DNA of 64,000 nt from positions 2,045 through 66,044 of the forward strand of contig DASYSA010000010.1 of the NCBI GenBank assembly GCA_036003885.1. Reading direction: 5' to 3'. The notes under the pieces are model-generated. The model did not search any database. It was not told the origin of the DNA and worked only from the letters and a program-made list of their open reading frames with translations. Shown one piece after another: positions 42,683-52,424 of this stretch. The position numbers were made by a program, and so were the translations under genes. Source of the DNA: Blastocatellia bacterium (GTDB lineage Bacteria > Acidobacteriota > Blastocatellia > UBA7656). The first letter of the stretch is position 1; each line of letters opens with the position of its first letter.

Positions 42683-43861
42683 ATGGCAACCGGCTACAGG
42701 ATAGCTACACCGCGTTGGAAGCGCGACGCCGAAAACGGCACCGGCAGGGAGGCCGGCGTGGGTTCAGGGATGCGGCGCGAGCTTCCGGTCGATACGGTTC
42801 TGCTTGCCGTCGTGCTGGGACTCACGCTGTTTGGAGTCGTTATGGTCTACAGCGCATCGGCCGTACTCGCTGAGAAGAATTTTGGGAGCCAGTTTTACTT
42901 CCTCATTCGTCAGGGGGTATGGGCCGCTTTGGGCCTGATTGGGATGGCCGTGGCTATGTTCATAGACTACCGGCACTACAAGAGGCCGGTCGTAGTGATG
43001 GGGCTTCTGTCGGTTGCGCTGACGCTCCTGATCGCAGTCTTCCTCTTCCCGGCCAAGAACAAGACGCACAGATGGATCACCGTCAGCTTCCTGTCGCTAC
43101 AACCTTCGGAGATCTCCAAACTGGCTCTGGTAGCCTTTTTGGGCTACTTTCTACAGAATAGAGCTGGCGCTCTGCACAAGTTCAAACTGACCTTCGTGCC
43201 CGCCGCCGTGGTAAGCGGAGTCCTGATCATACTGGTCGCGCTGGAGCCTGATCTCGGGACGGCGCTTGCTCTTGTTGCGGTATCCGGGTTGATGATGTAT
43301 CAGGGCGGCGTGCCGGTTCGGTACCTCGCATCGCTCGGCGTGGTTGCGCTTCCAGCTCTGGTCTACATGCTGATGGTGCCATTTCGCCGGCAGCGCATAC
43401 TGGACTTTATTAACCCCTGGGAGAACCAGACCGGCTCGAGTTTCCAGATCGTGCAATCACTTATTGCGGTGGGCAGCGGCGGTTCGGGCGGATTGGGCTT
43501 CGCGCAAGGGAAACAGAAGCTCTTCTATCTGCCGGCGCCCCATACCGACTTCATATTCGCCGTGATAGCCGAGGAGCTGGGACTCATCGGGGCCGCCACT
43601 GTGGTGTTGTTGTTCGGGTTGCTGGCATGGCGCGGCTTAAGGGCCGCAAAGTTCGCACCCGATACGTTCGGCCAGCTGTTGGCGGTCGGACTCACGGCGA
43701 TGATCGCGGTCCAGGCGTTGTTCAATGTGAGCGTCACGTTGTCGCTGGTGCCGACCAAGGGGATCCCGCTGCCTTTCATCAGCAGCGGAGGCACGTCGTT
43801 GGCTATTAGCCTGTTTGCAGCGGGCGTTCTGTTGAACGTGTCGAAGCATGGAAAGACCTGA
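42683..43861 (+). CDS. ftsW: peptidoglycan glycosyltransferase / lipid II flippase FtsW (SEDS family)
   Basis: SEDS-family membrane protein (about 10 TM helices) lying between mraY and murG. Confidence 0.85.
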   Translation: MATGYRIATPRWKRDAENGTGREAGVGSGMRRELPVDTVLLAVVLGLTLFGVVMVYSASAVLAEKNFGSQFYFLIRQGVWAALGLIGMAVAMFIDYRHYKRPVVVMGLLSVALTLLIAVFLFPAKNKTHRWITVSFLSLQPSEISKLALVAFLGYFLQNRAGALHKFKLTFVPAAVVSGVLIILVALEPDLGTALALVAVSGLMMYQGGVPVRYLASLGVVALPALVYMLMVPFRRQRILDFINPWENQTGSSFQIVQSLIAVGSGGSGGLGFAQGKQKLFYLPAPHTDFIFAVIAEELGLIGAATVVLLFGLLAWRGLRAAKFAPDTFGQLLAVGLTAMIAVQALFNVSVTLSLVPTKGIPLPFISSGGTSLAISLFAAGVLLNVSKHGKT

Positions 43862-43863
43862 CG

Positions 43864-43952
43864 ATTGCGGATTGCGGAGTGCGGAATGCGGATTTTGATG
43901 TCATACGGCGAAGCGGTAAATCCGCAATCCGAATTCCGAATTCCGCAATCGG
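43864..43952. repeat. heptamer-array hairpin element, GATTGCG family (ftsW-murG junction)
   Basis: The left arm is GATTGCG GATTGCG GAGTGCG GAATGCG GATTTTG. The right arm is AAATCCG CAATCCG AATTCCG AATTCCG CAATCGG. Confidence 0.7.
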
Positions 43953-43961
43953 CAAGTTGAT

Positions 43962-45038
43962 ATGAGAATCGTAATCGCGGCTGGCGGAACGGGAGGGCAC
44001 ATCTTTCCAGGTGTTGCAATCGCGTGCGAGATCAAGCGCCGCGATGCAACGACAGAAATTCTGTTCGTTGGCACGGCACGAGGGCTTGAATCGAAGATCG
44101 TTCCACGCGAGGGCTTTAAGTTGGAACTTATCAAAGTTAGCGCGCTGAAGGGCGTATCGATGTTGCAACGCGCGAGGTCGCTCCTTGAACTGCCGTCGAG
44201 CTTCGCGGCTGCGCGCAGAATACTAAAGCGATTCCAGCCGGATGTAGTGATCGGCGTTGGGGGCTATTCGTCGGGGCCGACGCTGCTGATGGCCGCTCTG
44301 ATGCGGATGCCAACGATGGTCGTCGAGCCAAACGCGATGCCGGGTTTCACGAATCGCGTGCTCGCTCGCTTCGTCGACGCCGCGGCGGTGACGTTCCAGG
44401 AGTCGCTTAGGTACTTTCGCGGACGGGGCCGCATCACGGGGAATCCGGTGCGCGGTGATTTCGGGCAATTGAGCAGAAAGGAACGGTCAGAGAAGTTGCA
44501 CATTCTGATATTCGGCGGCAGCCAGGGCGCGCGCGCCATCAACAACGCTATGGTCGGCGCGTTGCCGATTCTCGCAGGCGACAAGGATCGGCTGAGCATC
44601 ACGCACCAAACGGGTGAGAGTGACTTTGACAAGATCCAACGAGGTTACATTGACGCGGGGTTCGACACGACCGACGTGAGGGCCTTCATTCACGATATGG
44701 CGGTTCAGTTCCAGCAAGCCGACGTGCTCATTTGCAGATCGGGCGCAACGACGGTCGCAGAAGTTGCGGCGGCCGGGAAGGCAGCGATATTCGTTCCCTT
44801 CCCTTTCGCAACCGACGACCATCAACGCAAAAATGCGGAGGCGTTCGCGAATGGCGGCGCCGGGCGAATGATTCTCCAGAGAGACCTGAATCCTGAGCGG
44901 CTTGCCCAGGAGCTTGGTTGGTTCATCGAACATCCGGCTGAGATCGCGCGAATGGAAGAAGCGAGCCGCAAACTCGGACGGCCCGACGCCGCCGAGCGCT
45001 GTGTCGAACTGGCGATGTCATTGATAGGGCGTCCGTAG
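43962..45038 (+). CDS. murG: UDP-GlcNAc:lipid I N-acetylglucosaminyltransferase
   Basis: N-terminus MRIVIAAGGTGGHIFPGVAIA, a GT28 fold and 358 aa. Confidence 0.9.
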   Translation: MRIVIAAGGTGGHIFPGVAIACEIKRRDATTEILFVGTARGLESKIVPREGFKLELIKVSALKGVSMLQRARSLLELPSSFAAARRILKRFQPDVVIGVGGYSSGPTLLMAALMRMPTMVVEPNAMPGFTNRVLARFVDAAAVTFQESLRYFRGRGRITGNPVRGDFGQLSRKERSEKLHILIFGGSQGARAINNAMVGALPILAGDKDRLSITHQTGESDFDKIQRGYIDAGFDTTDVRAFIHDMAVQFQQADVLICRSGATTVAEVAAAGKAAIFVPFPFATDDHQRKNAEAFANGGAGRMILQRDLNPERLAQELGWFIEHPAEIARMEEASRKLGRPDAAERCVELAMSLIGRP

Positions 45039-45109
45039 TCCGTTGTCAGTGGTCCGTTGAAACGACCGACCACTGACGCCGGACAACGGGCAACGGACAA
45101 CGGACAAAG
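45030..45109. repeat. heptamer-array hairpin element, GTCCGTT family (murG-murC junction)
   Basis: The left arm is GTCCGTA GTCCGTT GTCAGTG GTCCGTT. The right arm is GGACAAC GGGCAAC GGACAAC GGACAAA, with a central CAGTGGTC/GACCACTG pair. Confidence 0.7.
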
Positions 45110-45111
45110 AG

Positions 45112-46494
45112 ATGCTTTTTCGAGGAGTCAGACACATTCACTTCGTCGGGATTGGCGGCATCGGAATGAGCGGAATAGCCGAGGTCTTGCTGTCGCTCGG
45201 GGAGAACTTCCTCGTGACCGGAAGCGACCTGAAGCGCTCCTCCATCACCGATAGACTGCAGTCGATGGGGGGGACCATCTTCGAAGGCCATAGCGCCCAC
45301 AACGTGGCGGGCGCTAATGTCGTCGTCTGCTCTTCCGCCGTCCGCCCCGACAATCCCGAAGTTGTCGAAGCTCGAGCCCGCCAGATCCCCGTCATCCCGC
45401 GCGCCGAGATGCTGGCTGAGCTCATGCGGCTCTATCGGCATGGCATCGCCGTCGCGGGCACTCACGGAAAGACCACCACTACGTCGATGCTGGCACACTT
45501 AATGACATTTGCCGGTTTTGATCCGGCAGTTGTGGTCGGAGGGCGCGTCGCTTCGCTGGGAGGGAATGCTCGAGTGGGAGGCGGAGAATACATAGTGGTC
45601 GAGGCGGATGAGTCGGACGGGTCGCTTTTGCAGTTGACTCCGACGATCGCGGTTCTCACGAACATCGACTCGGACCATCTGGACTTCTTCTCGGGAGGAA
45701 TCGAACAGATCAAACAGTGCTTCACGACCTTTGTGAATCGCGTGCCGTTCTACGGAACAATCGTATTGTGTCTGGACGATCAGAACGTGCAGGCAATCAT
45801 TCCTGACGTCGCCCGTCGAACGGTCAGTTACGGGCTGGCGGCGCAGGCCGACGTTTCGGCCTGGCAGATTCAAGCCGACTCGAACTTTGAGACTGAGTTC
45901 AGCGTCCGGGCCTTCGGCCATGAGATGGGACAGATGAAGTTGGCGGTGCCCGGCCTTCACAACGTTTACAACGCGCTGGCCACAATCGCCGTAGGGCTCG
46001 ATCTGAACATCAAGTTCGAGGAGATCGCCGGAGCGCTCCGCGAGTTTCGAGGCGCCGAGCGCCGCTTCCAGATAAAGGGGGAGAAGGGCGGCGTACTGGT
46101 GGTTGACGACTACGGCCATCACCCGACCGAGATCAAGACGACCCTGGACGCGGCGCGCACCTCGGGACGCCGAGTGGTGACCCTGTTTCAGCCTCACCGC
46201 TACACGCGCACCCGAGATCTATTGGACGACTTCGCCAGGTCGTTCTATGGCGCCGATGTCCTGCTTGTGAGCGATATCTACGCAGCCAGCGAGGACCCGA
46301 TTGAGGGGATTAACAGCCGGGTTCTGGTCGATGCGATGAAGCGCTTCGGCCACAGGGACGTCGAGTATGTGGGTGGACTGGCGAACGCGCCGGCGAGAAT
46401 CAAGGAAGTTGTTGAGGTGGGCGATCTGGTCCTCACGCTTGGGGCGGGTAACGTCTGGCAGGCTGGAGAGGAATTTCTGAAGATGCTGGAATAG
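45112..46494 (+). CDS. murC: UDP-N-acetylmuramate--L-alanine ligase
   Basis: [18 protein letters not shown]-terminal Rossmann region, a [11 protein letters not shown]-loop and 460 aa. Confidence 0.9.
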   Translation: MLFRGVRHIHFVGIGGIGMSGIAEVLLSLGENFLVTGSDLKRSSITDRLQSMGGTIFEGHSAHNVAGANVVVCSSAVRPDNPEVVEARARQIPVIPRAEMLAELMRLYRHGIAVAGTHGKTTTTSMLAHLMTFAGFDPAVVVGGRVASLGGNARVGGGEYIVVEADESDGSLLQLTPTIAVLTNIDSDHLDFFSGGIEQIKQCFTTFVNRVPFYGTIVLCLDDQNVQAIIPDVARRTVSYGLAAQADVSAWQIQADSNFETEFSVRAFGHEMGQMKLAVPGLHNVYNALATIAVGLDLNIKFEEIAGALREFRGAERRFQIKGEKGGVLVVDDYGHHPTEIKTTLDAARTSGRRVVTLFQPHRYTRTRDLLDDFARSFYGADVLLVSDIYAASEDPIEGINSRVLVDAMKRFGHRDVEYVGGLANAPARIKEVVEVGDLVLTLGAGNVWQAGEEFLKMLE

Positions 46495-46496
46495 TC

Positions 46497-46594
46497 ATTT
46501 GTCAGTGGTCCTTTGTCCGTGGTCCGTTGTCAGTTGTCGAGACTGCGATGATTACAGGCGACGGGCAACTGACAACGGACCACGAACAAATGAC
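46497..46594. repeat. heptamer-array hairpin element, GTCCGTT family (murC-ftsQ junction)
   Basis: catttgtcagtggtcctttgtccgtggtccgttgtcagttgtcg pairs with cgacgggcaactgacaacggaccacgaacaaatgacg. It has the same unit family as the murG-murC element. The track's ftsQ ORF begins inside it. Confidence 0.7.
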
Positions 46595-47662
46595 GAAGTG
46601 GGAGGTGAAGCTTTGGGGGTATCAAAGAGAACTGAGCCGAGGAAGAGAGTTCAGGTCGTGACGCCGCGCAGACGGGTCGTCAAGTCTCGATCTCGCAAAA
46701 CAAGCTCGATAAACGTAGCCGAGCTTCTCAGGTCCGCGACCTCTCTTGCCAAACCGGCCGCGGCTCTGTTGGCTCTGATCCTTCTAATCGTGGGCTACAA
46801 CGCGATGGCTGACTCCAGCCTGTTTGACCTGCGTCGCGTTGATGTGAGCGGGGTGAGCTCCGATCTTCAGCCGGCAGTAAGACAGGTAGTTCTCAGCACC
46901 GTGAACCAGTCTCGGCTTCTGAGCATCAATCTCGCAACGATCAAGAGAAGGATAGAGGATCTCCCCCGTGTCCGAGAGGCGAGTGTCGCACGGCTGCTGC
47001 CTGACGGACTCTACATTCACACGGTGGAGCGTGAGCCGGCCGTACTCGTACGTCGACAGTCCCAATCAATGGTCTGGCTCGACCAGGATGCTGTCGAGGT
47101 GGGCGAGTTAGACGTGAAACACGAGTCTGATGTTCCGCCGATACTGAAGGGTTTTGCTGAGGGCAACCGATCGCCCGCTGCAGTCAGCGAGGATAAGGAA
47201 CGTATTGACCTTTTCAAAAAGATCGAGCGCGAGTTCAAGCAATCAGACAAACTGTGGGACCTGATCGACGAAATTGATCTATCGCTTCCGAGAAGGGTGT
47301 CCATACGTCTGAAGAGTCTACTCGTAAACATCGTCGTAGGAGGCGAGGACTTTCGAAACCGCTTCGAAAGGGCCCTCAAGATACTGGGGGCGGCAAAGCA
47401 GGGCGATTCGGGATCGCTCGGCCGTTTCGGCGTGCAGGATCCGGAGCAGATGATTCAGAATCGAGATCGAATAACCTTCATGGACACTTCGCGGCCCGAC
47501 CGCATCGTGTATAGCTTCTCCAGCACCAGCAAGGAGAAGACCCAGGAAGCGCCTATGCGGCGGCAGGAGGATTCGGCTGCCAGCAGGAAGCCAACGCGGG
47601 CGCCCTCGCGCCCCAGCGCCACCGAAACAGAACAAAGCAGGCCCCGGAGAATAAAGAATTAG
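46499..47662 (+). CDS. ftsQ: cell division protein FtsQ/DivIB (POTRA domain)
   Basis: TM helix (ALLALILLIVGY) followed by POTRA-like DLRRVDVSGVS and a beta domain. The N-terminal ~35 codons of the track ORF lie inside the repeat element, so the true start is probably around 46606 (GTG or TTG). Confidence 0.7.
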   Translation: MSVVLCPWSVVSCRDCDDYRRRATDNGPRTNDEVGGEALGVSKRTEPRKRVQVVTPRRRVVKSRSRKTSSINVAELLRSATSLAKPAAALLALILLIVGYNAMADSSLFDLRRVDVSGVSSDLQPAVRQVVLSTVNQSRLLSINLATIKRRIEDLPRVREASVARLLPDGLYIHTVEREPAVLVRRQSQSMVWLDQDAVEVGELDVKHESDVPPILKGFAEGNRSPAAVSEDKERIDLFKKIEREFKQSDKLWDLIDEIDLSLPRRVSIRLKSLLVNIVVGGEDFRNRFERALKILGAAKQGDSGSLGRFGVQDPEQMIQNRDRITFMDTSRPDRIVYSFSSTSKEKTQEAPMRRQEDSAASRKPTRAPSRPSATETEQSRPRRIKN

Positions 47663-47677
47663 GCCGGAGGATTAGCA

Positions 47678-48913
47678 ATGCCAAAGGGAAATAGACATAT
47701 CGCTGCCCTGGACATCGGAACCACTGAAGTGCGGGCGGTAGTCGGAGAGATCACAGAAGCCGACCAGCTCGAAATAATCGGCATCGGCCGGGCTCCCTCG
47801 CGTGGAGTGCGCAAGGGGGTCGTGGTGAACATCGAGGCCACAGTCGAAGCAACAAAACACGCGGTCGAGGAGGCCGAGATGATGTCCGGCCTTCCCATTG
47901 ACTCAGCCTATGTCAGTTTGTGCGGCGCTCAAGTGCGGGGAATCAACTCCCGTGGGGTCATCGCAATCAGCCGCCGCAATCGCGACATCACCGAAGAGGA
48001 TGTCTATCGGGTCATTGAACAGGCCCGCGCCATCAGCGTGCCGACCGATCGCGAGATCATCGACGTGCTGCCCCAGGAGTTTACTGTCGATGGGCAGGAC
48101 GGCATCGGCAATCCCATAGGATTTCTTGGCATGCGCCTCGAAGCGGCGGTCCACGTGGTGACCTCGCCGATTACCGCTCGCCAGAACGTAATCACCTCAG
48201 TCAACAGGGCCGGCATGGAAGTAACTGATACGGTCGTGAGCCACGTCGCCGGGGCCGAGGCCACATTAACGCAAGATGAGAAGGAGTACGGAGCAGCAGT
48301 CATAGATATTGGCGCGGACATCACCAACCTGACGATCATCTATCGCGATGCGATTCGCCACACGGCGGTTTTTCCGATGGGGGGAAATCACTTCACGAAC
48401 GACATTGCGGTCGGTCTGAGGACGCCGGTGCCTGAAGCCGAGCGCATTAAGCGAAGTGAGGGCTGCGCGCTTGCCGCGCTTTTGCCCGACAACGAACGCG
48501 TGCAAGTGGTTGAGGTGCCCTCGGTTGGAGGCCGTCAGCCACGGATGTTGAGCCGGCAGATACTGTGCGAGATTCTTCAACCGAGAGCCGAGGAGATCTT
48601 CAGCCACGCGGCAGAGGAGGTTCAGCGGGCCGGCTTCGAGCGGCAAATTCTGTCGAGCGTGGTGCTGACCGGCGGGGGTTCATTGATGGATGGAGTTGTT
48701 GAAATAGCCGAGCAGATTCTGGATCTCCCGGCTAGGCATGGACTGCCCGACTTCGTCGGGGGGCTTACAGGCGAGATCGACAGCCCGGCATACGCAACGG
48801 TGGTGGGAACTTTGCTTTATGGATTTCACAAACAGATGAATCAGAAGAGAATTCACTCGCTAAAAGATGGCGCGCCCAAGGCGGCCGGGTTCTTTCGAAG
48901 ACTGTTCGGTTAA
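47678..48913 (+). CDS. ftsA: cell division protein FtsA
   Basis: Actin-like ATPase motifs (ALDIGTTEVRAVVGE, GGGS) and 411 aa. Confidence 0.9.
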   Translation: MPKGNRHIAALDIGTTEVRAVVGEITEADQLEIIGIGRAPSRGVRKGVVVNIEATVEATKHAVEEAEMMSGLPIDSAYVSLCGAQVRGINSRGVIAISRRNRDITEEDVYRVIEQARAISVPTDREIIDVLPQEFTVDGQDGIGNPIGFLGMRLEAAVHVVTSPITARQNVITSVNRAGMEVTDTVVSHVAGAEATLTQDEKEYGAAVIDIGADITNLTIIYRDAIRHTAVFPMGGNHFTNDIAVGLRTPVPEAERIKRSEGCALAALLPDNERVQVVEVPSVGGRQPRMLSRQILCEILQPRAEEIFSHAAEEVQRAGFERQILSSVVLTGGGSLMDGVVEIAEQILDLPARHGLPDFVGGLTGEIDSPAYATVVGTLLYGFHKQMNQKRIHSLKDGAPKAAGFFRRLFG

Positions 48914-49200
48914 GAAAGTTTGAAAAAAATGTCTGTTCAGTGGGAGAAAGTTGTTGTGAGGCCAAGTCGACTGTGCTACTATGCGGTGTGTTTTCCGGAG
49001 CTAGGTGTACCACATATAGTAGCAACCGGCTGCCAGCCTCGTAGGCACTGTTGGAGAACCCCTTAATGTGAGCGGACGCTTAGTCAAGTGGCCGAAGGGG
49101 GATTCTATTGCGTGCTCGCACGATAACCCCAGCGGTGTTCGAAAGCTTTGAAGTTCAACAGAGATCGTTCTAGCGTGAGCTGCTGCCTCTCCCCTGGAGG

Positions 49201-50385
49201 GTGCGGCTCACCCGGTTGCTAACCCTTTGCAAGCAGGAGGCACCTATAATGGCAGCGGATGTGCATAAAGAGACTCGTCCGGGAGTAATAACTTTCGACG
49301 ACCCGGATCACTTTTCAAACGGCGCAAGAATCAAAGTAGTAGGGGTTGGCGGCGGAGGCGGCAATGCAGTCAACCAGATGATTGAAATGGGCATCGAGGG
49401 AGTACAGTTCCTCGTAGCCAACACCGACCTTCAATCGCTCAAGAACTCCAGGGCGTCTGTAAAGATTCAGATCGGCGAAAAGCTCACTCGCGGTCTCGGT
49501 GTGGGAGGCGATCCTGAGAAGGGTCGACAATCTGCGCTCGAAGACACCGAGAAGATAATCGAAGCGCTCGAGGGCGCCGACATGGTCTTTATCACCGCGG
49601 GTCTGGGCGGCGGCACCGGAACCGGCGCGGCTCCCATCATCGCGAGCCTTGCCACGGAACTTGGCGCCCTTACTGTCGCAGTTGTAACCAAGCCATTCCG
49701 ATTCGAAGGTCGCCGCCGCCAGCGGCAGGGAGAACAGGGCCTCGGCGAACTGCGCGAGTGTGTCGACACCGTCATAACAATTCCGAATGAGCGGCTTCTG
49801 AATGCAATATCGCGCGCAACGCCGATCCTCGAGTCCTTCAAATTCGCCGACGACGTCCTGCGCCAGGCGGTCCAGGGGATATCGGACATCATAACCGTAC
49901 CCGGCCTTATCAATGTCGACTTCGCCGACGTGAAGACGATAATGGAAGGGATGGGAATGGCCCTGATGGGAACGGGGTCGGCAACCGGGGAAAACCGCGC
50001 CATAGAGGCAACCCAACGTGCTATATCGAGCCCCCTTCTCGAGGAGGCCTCGATCGAGGGCGCCAAGGGGTTGCTGGTCAACGTGACCGGGGGGACCGAC
50101 CTGACTCTGTTCGAGGTCAACGAAGCGATGTCCATCATTCATGACGCTGCGGACCCGGATGCAAACATTATCTTCGGCGCCGTACTGGATGAACGGCTGG
50201 CAGACGAAATGAGGATCACGGTTATTGCTACCGGGTTCGACAAGGCGGCGGCGACAACGGAAACGGCCAGGCCATTCCCAGGCCCGCCGACCGCTCCAGA
50301 GCAGCAGCGAAGCACAGCGGCTGGTGAGGGTCTCCGCCGCGACGATCTAAATGTCCCCGCCTTCATTCGCAAGAAGGCGGACTAG
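49201..50385 (+). CDS. ftsZ: cell division protein FtsZ
   Basis: Tubulin signature GGGTGTG and the N-terminal [15 protein letters not shown]. The probable start is MAADVHKE at about 49249. The roughly 290-nt untranslated ftsA-ftsZ spacer is typical of ftsZ promoter regions. Confidence 0.95.
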   Translation: MRLTRLLTLCKQEAPIMAADVHKETRPGVITFDDPDHFSNGARIKVVGVGGGGGNAVNQMIEMGIEGVQFLVANTDLQSLKNSRASVKIQIGEKLTRGLGVGGDPEKGRQSALEDTEKIIEALEGADMVFITAGLGGGTGTGAAPIIASLATELGALTVAVVTKPFRFEGRRRQRQGEQGLGELRECVDTVITIPNERLLNAISRATPILESFKFADDVLRQAVQGISDIITVPGLINVDFADVKTIMEGMGMALMGTGSATGENRAIEATQRAISSPLLEEASIEGAKGLLVNVTGGTDLTLFEVNEAMSIIHDAADPDANIIFGAVLDERLADEMRITVIATGFDKAAATTETARPFPGPPTAPEQQRSTAAGEGLRRDDLNVPAFIRKKAD

Positions 50386-50406
50386 GATTCTTCGCGATAT
50401 CCTCCA

Positions 50407-50447
50407 ATGGGCCGCAGCTACTCCGGCAGCGGCCCATTTCTTTCTCT
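50407..50447 (+). terminator. intrinsic terminator after ftsZ
   Basis: ATGGGCCGC-(13 nt)-GCGGCCCAT perfect 9-bp stem immediately followed by TTTCTTTCTCT. Confidence 0.7.
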
Positions 50448-50593
50448 GAACCGAGGTGAGACAGGGTCAACTCCCATTCCGGTCTGATTCGGTTGAGTTT
50501 TTATATCCGCATCACTAAGATTCTTAATGTTTCATCGGAGACATATGCTGTTCCTGCAGCCCAATCTGCGAGACCGGCCTGTAAGGACGTGAG

Positions 50594-52414
50594 TTGGCCC
50601 GAGTCCCACTGTGCCCACTTTTTTCGTACCAGGGTGCTGGGGCGGCTCCATTGCCAGCCTGGAGAGACAGAATGCAAGCAGTCGAGGTAAGCTACACCGA
50701 ATTCCAGACTACGGACCTAGAGCCGCGCCTTGGACTAATCGACAGACTCGAACGAAAGAAGACGCTGCTCATCTTCATTACCGTGGTTTTGGCATTCAGC
50801 GTCCGCGTCTACAGGCTGGACTCGGCAAGCCTGTCGGAAGACGAAACCAATAAGGTTTTTGCAGTCCGGGCTTATGAGCAGGGGGACTTCACCGTCAATG
50901 CCGAACACCCGATGATGATGAAGATGCTTTGCTACTGCTCCGTGAAGGTGTGTCAGCTCTTCAACCAGGGATTGGGAGAGAGGCTCGGCCTGGCTATCCC
51001 GGAAGAGACAGCGTTGCGTTTGCCTAACGCGACGTTCGGGGCGATCACCGTCGTTCCGCTCTTCCTCTTCGTCGCTTCCCTGTTTGGATTTCGAGTTGGC
51101 CTCGTCACGGCGTTGTTGTGGGCGTCGGGCCTCAACGCGGTATGGATCAACCGGGTAGTCAAGGAAGACACGCTGCTGGTCTTCTTCATGTTCACTGGGT
51201 TCTATCTGTACAACTGCGCCAAGCAACGTCCAGCCTCGGACGTCTCCGGCCAGGAGCGACTATACGCGCTTGCGGGCGCTGCCTTTGGAATGATGATGGC
51301 TTCGAAGTACTTTCCGCACTACTTCGGACTGGGAGTTCTGTTTTATCACCTGGCTGGCTACGACAGCCGCGACAACCGGGGGCGAACCCCACGAATGACA
51401 GCCAGTCTCTTCGGCTCGATGCTTCTTGCAGCTGTGATCTTCAATCCGGCGCTCTTCTCGCCCGCGACATGGCGATATCTGTTGCTCTACCTGGGCGAAG
51501 ACCTTCAGACTCATCACGGCTACCTGATCATGCAGACGCTTCACGATAACGACCTCCTGTCGATGCCGCACGGGAGCCCCTGGTATTTCTACTTCTTGTT
51601 TCTCGCCGTCAAGTTGCCGCTGCCGGTGCTGATAGCCTTTCTCATCGGGCTCGTCGAGGTCTTTCGCCATCGCGGGCCGGCAGACAAAATACGAGGCTAT
51701 CTCTTTCTCAGGGTAATGCTCGTCTTCTGGCTGGTTCCGATGTCCATAGCGGGGTCGAAGTTCCTGCGTTATACGCTGTCGCTTATGCCGTTGGTCTACA
51801 TCACGGCAGCGATTGCGATAGTTCAAATGTGGCGGGTTTTGTCATCCGCACTTGGGAAGTTGTCGCTGCGAGCGGGGCCGGCCGGACTTGCGGCGGCAGC
51901 CGGCGTCGCAGTTGTGTTCCTGGTCTCGCCGGCGGTGTCGATGATCCGGAGCCTTCCCTACCCGAGCCTCTATGTAAACGCGCTGGGGGGCAATCGTGTC
52001 GGGTACTACTTTCCGCATGACGAGTTCTACGATCTCGGAGCGCGGGAGAGCATCGAGTATCTGGCCCAGTCCGCTCCTCGAGGAGCAACTATCGCCAGCG
52101 ACATCCCTGGAGTTGTTGAGTACTATCTCGAGCGGTACAATCGACCCGACATTCGCTCTGAGATACTGTCGCATCCGGACTTCAGTCTCGCCAGGAGCCA
52201 GCCCGACTATGTGATCCTGCAACGCGGCCGGGTCTACTTTGAGAATCAACAGACTTTCAAGCTGGTCGAAAACACCTATCCCATCGTGCAGGCCAGTACC
52301 TACGCCGGAACCGATGCTGTTCGGGTGTATATGCTGGGCGACGAGGCAGCCACCCGCCATCAATGGGCCGAACCGAACGATCGTCCGCTGCTGTACCGAA
52401 GAAGTAGTGAGTAA
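50594..52414 (+). CDS. GT-C fold glycosyltransferase, family 39/83 (ArnT/PMT-like, polyprenyl-phosphate-sugar dependent)
   Basis: About 12 TM helices, a first periplasmic-loop acidic motif (LSEDETNKVFAVRAY) and a large C-terminal soluble domain. The start may be MQAVEV near 50672. Confidence 0.75.
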   Translation: MARVPLCPLFSYQGAGAAPLPAWRDRMQAVEVSYTEFQTTDLEPRLGLIDRLERKKTLLIFITVVLAFSVRVYRLDSASLSEDETNKVFAVRAYEQGDFTVNAEHPMMMKMLCYCSVKVCQLFNQGLGERLGLAIPEETALRLPNATFGAITVVPLFLFVASLFGFRVGLVTALLWASGLNAVWINRVVKEDTLLVFFMFTGFYLYNCAKQRPASDVSGQERLYALAGAAFGMMMASKYFPHYFGLGVLFYHLAGYDSRDNRGRTPRMTASLFGSMLLAAVIFNPALFSPATWRYLLLYLGEDLQTHHGYLIMQTLHDNDLLSMPHGSPWYFYFLFLAVKLPLPVLIAFLIGLVEVFRHRGPADKIRGYLFLRVMLVFWLVPMSIAGSKFLRYTLSLMPLVYITAAIAIVQMWRVLSSALGKLSLRAGPAGLAAAAGVAVVFLVSPAVSMIRSLPYPSLYVNALGGNRVGYYFPHDEFYDLGARESIEYLAQSAPRGATIASDIPGVVEYYLERYNRPDIRSEILSHPDFSLARSQPDYVILQRGRVYFENQQTFKLVENTYPIVQASTYAGTDAVRVYMLGDEAATRHQWAEPNDRPLLYRRSSE

Positions 52415-52424
52415 TTCTGAAGCA

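Noticed and set aside
48914-49248. Possible tRNA or other RNA gene in the ftsA-ftsZ spacer
   Set aside because: I see no cloverleaf-compatible sequence or T-arm GTTCGAATC-type box. The spacer is better explained as the ftsZ promoter and 5'-UTR region.
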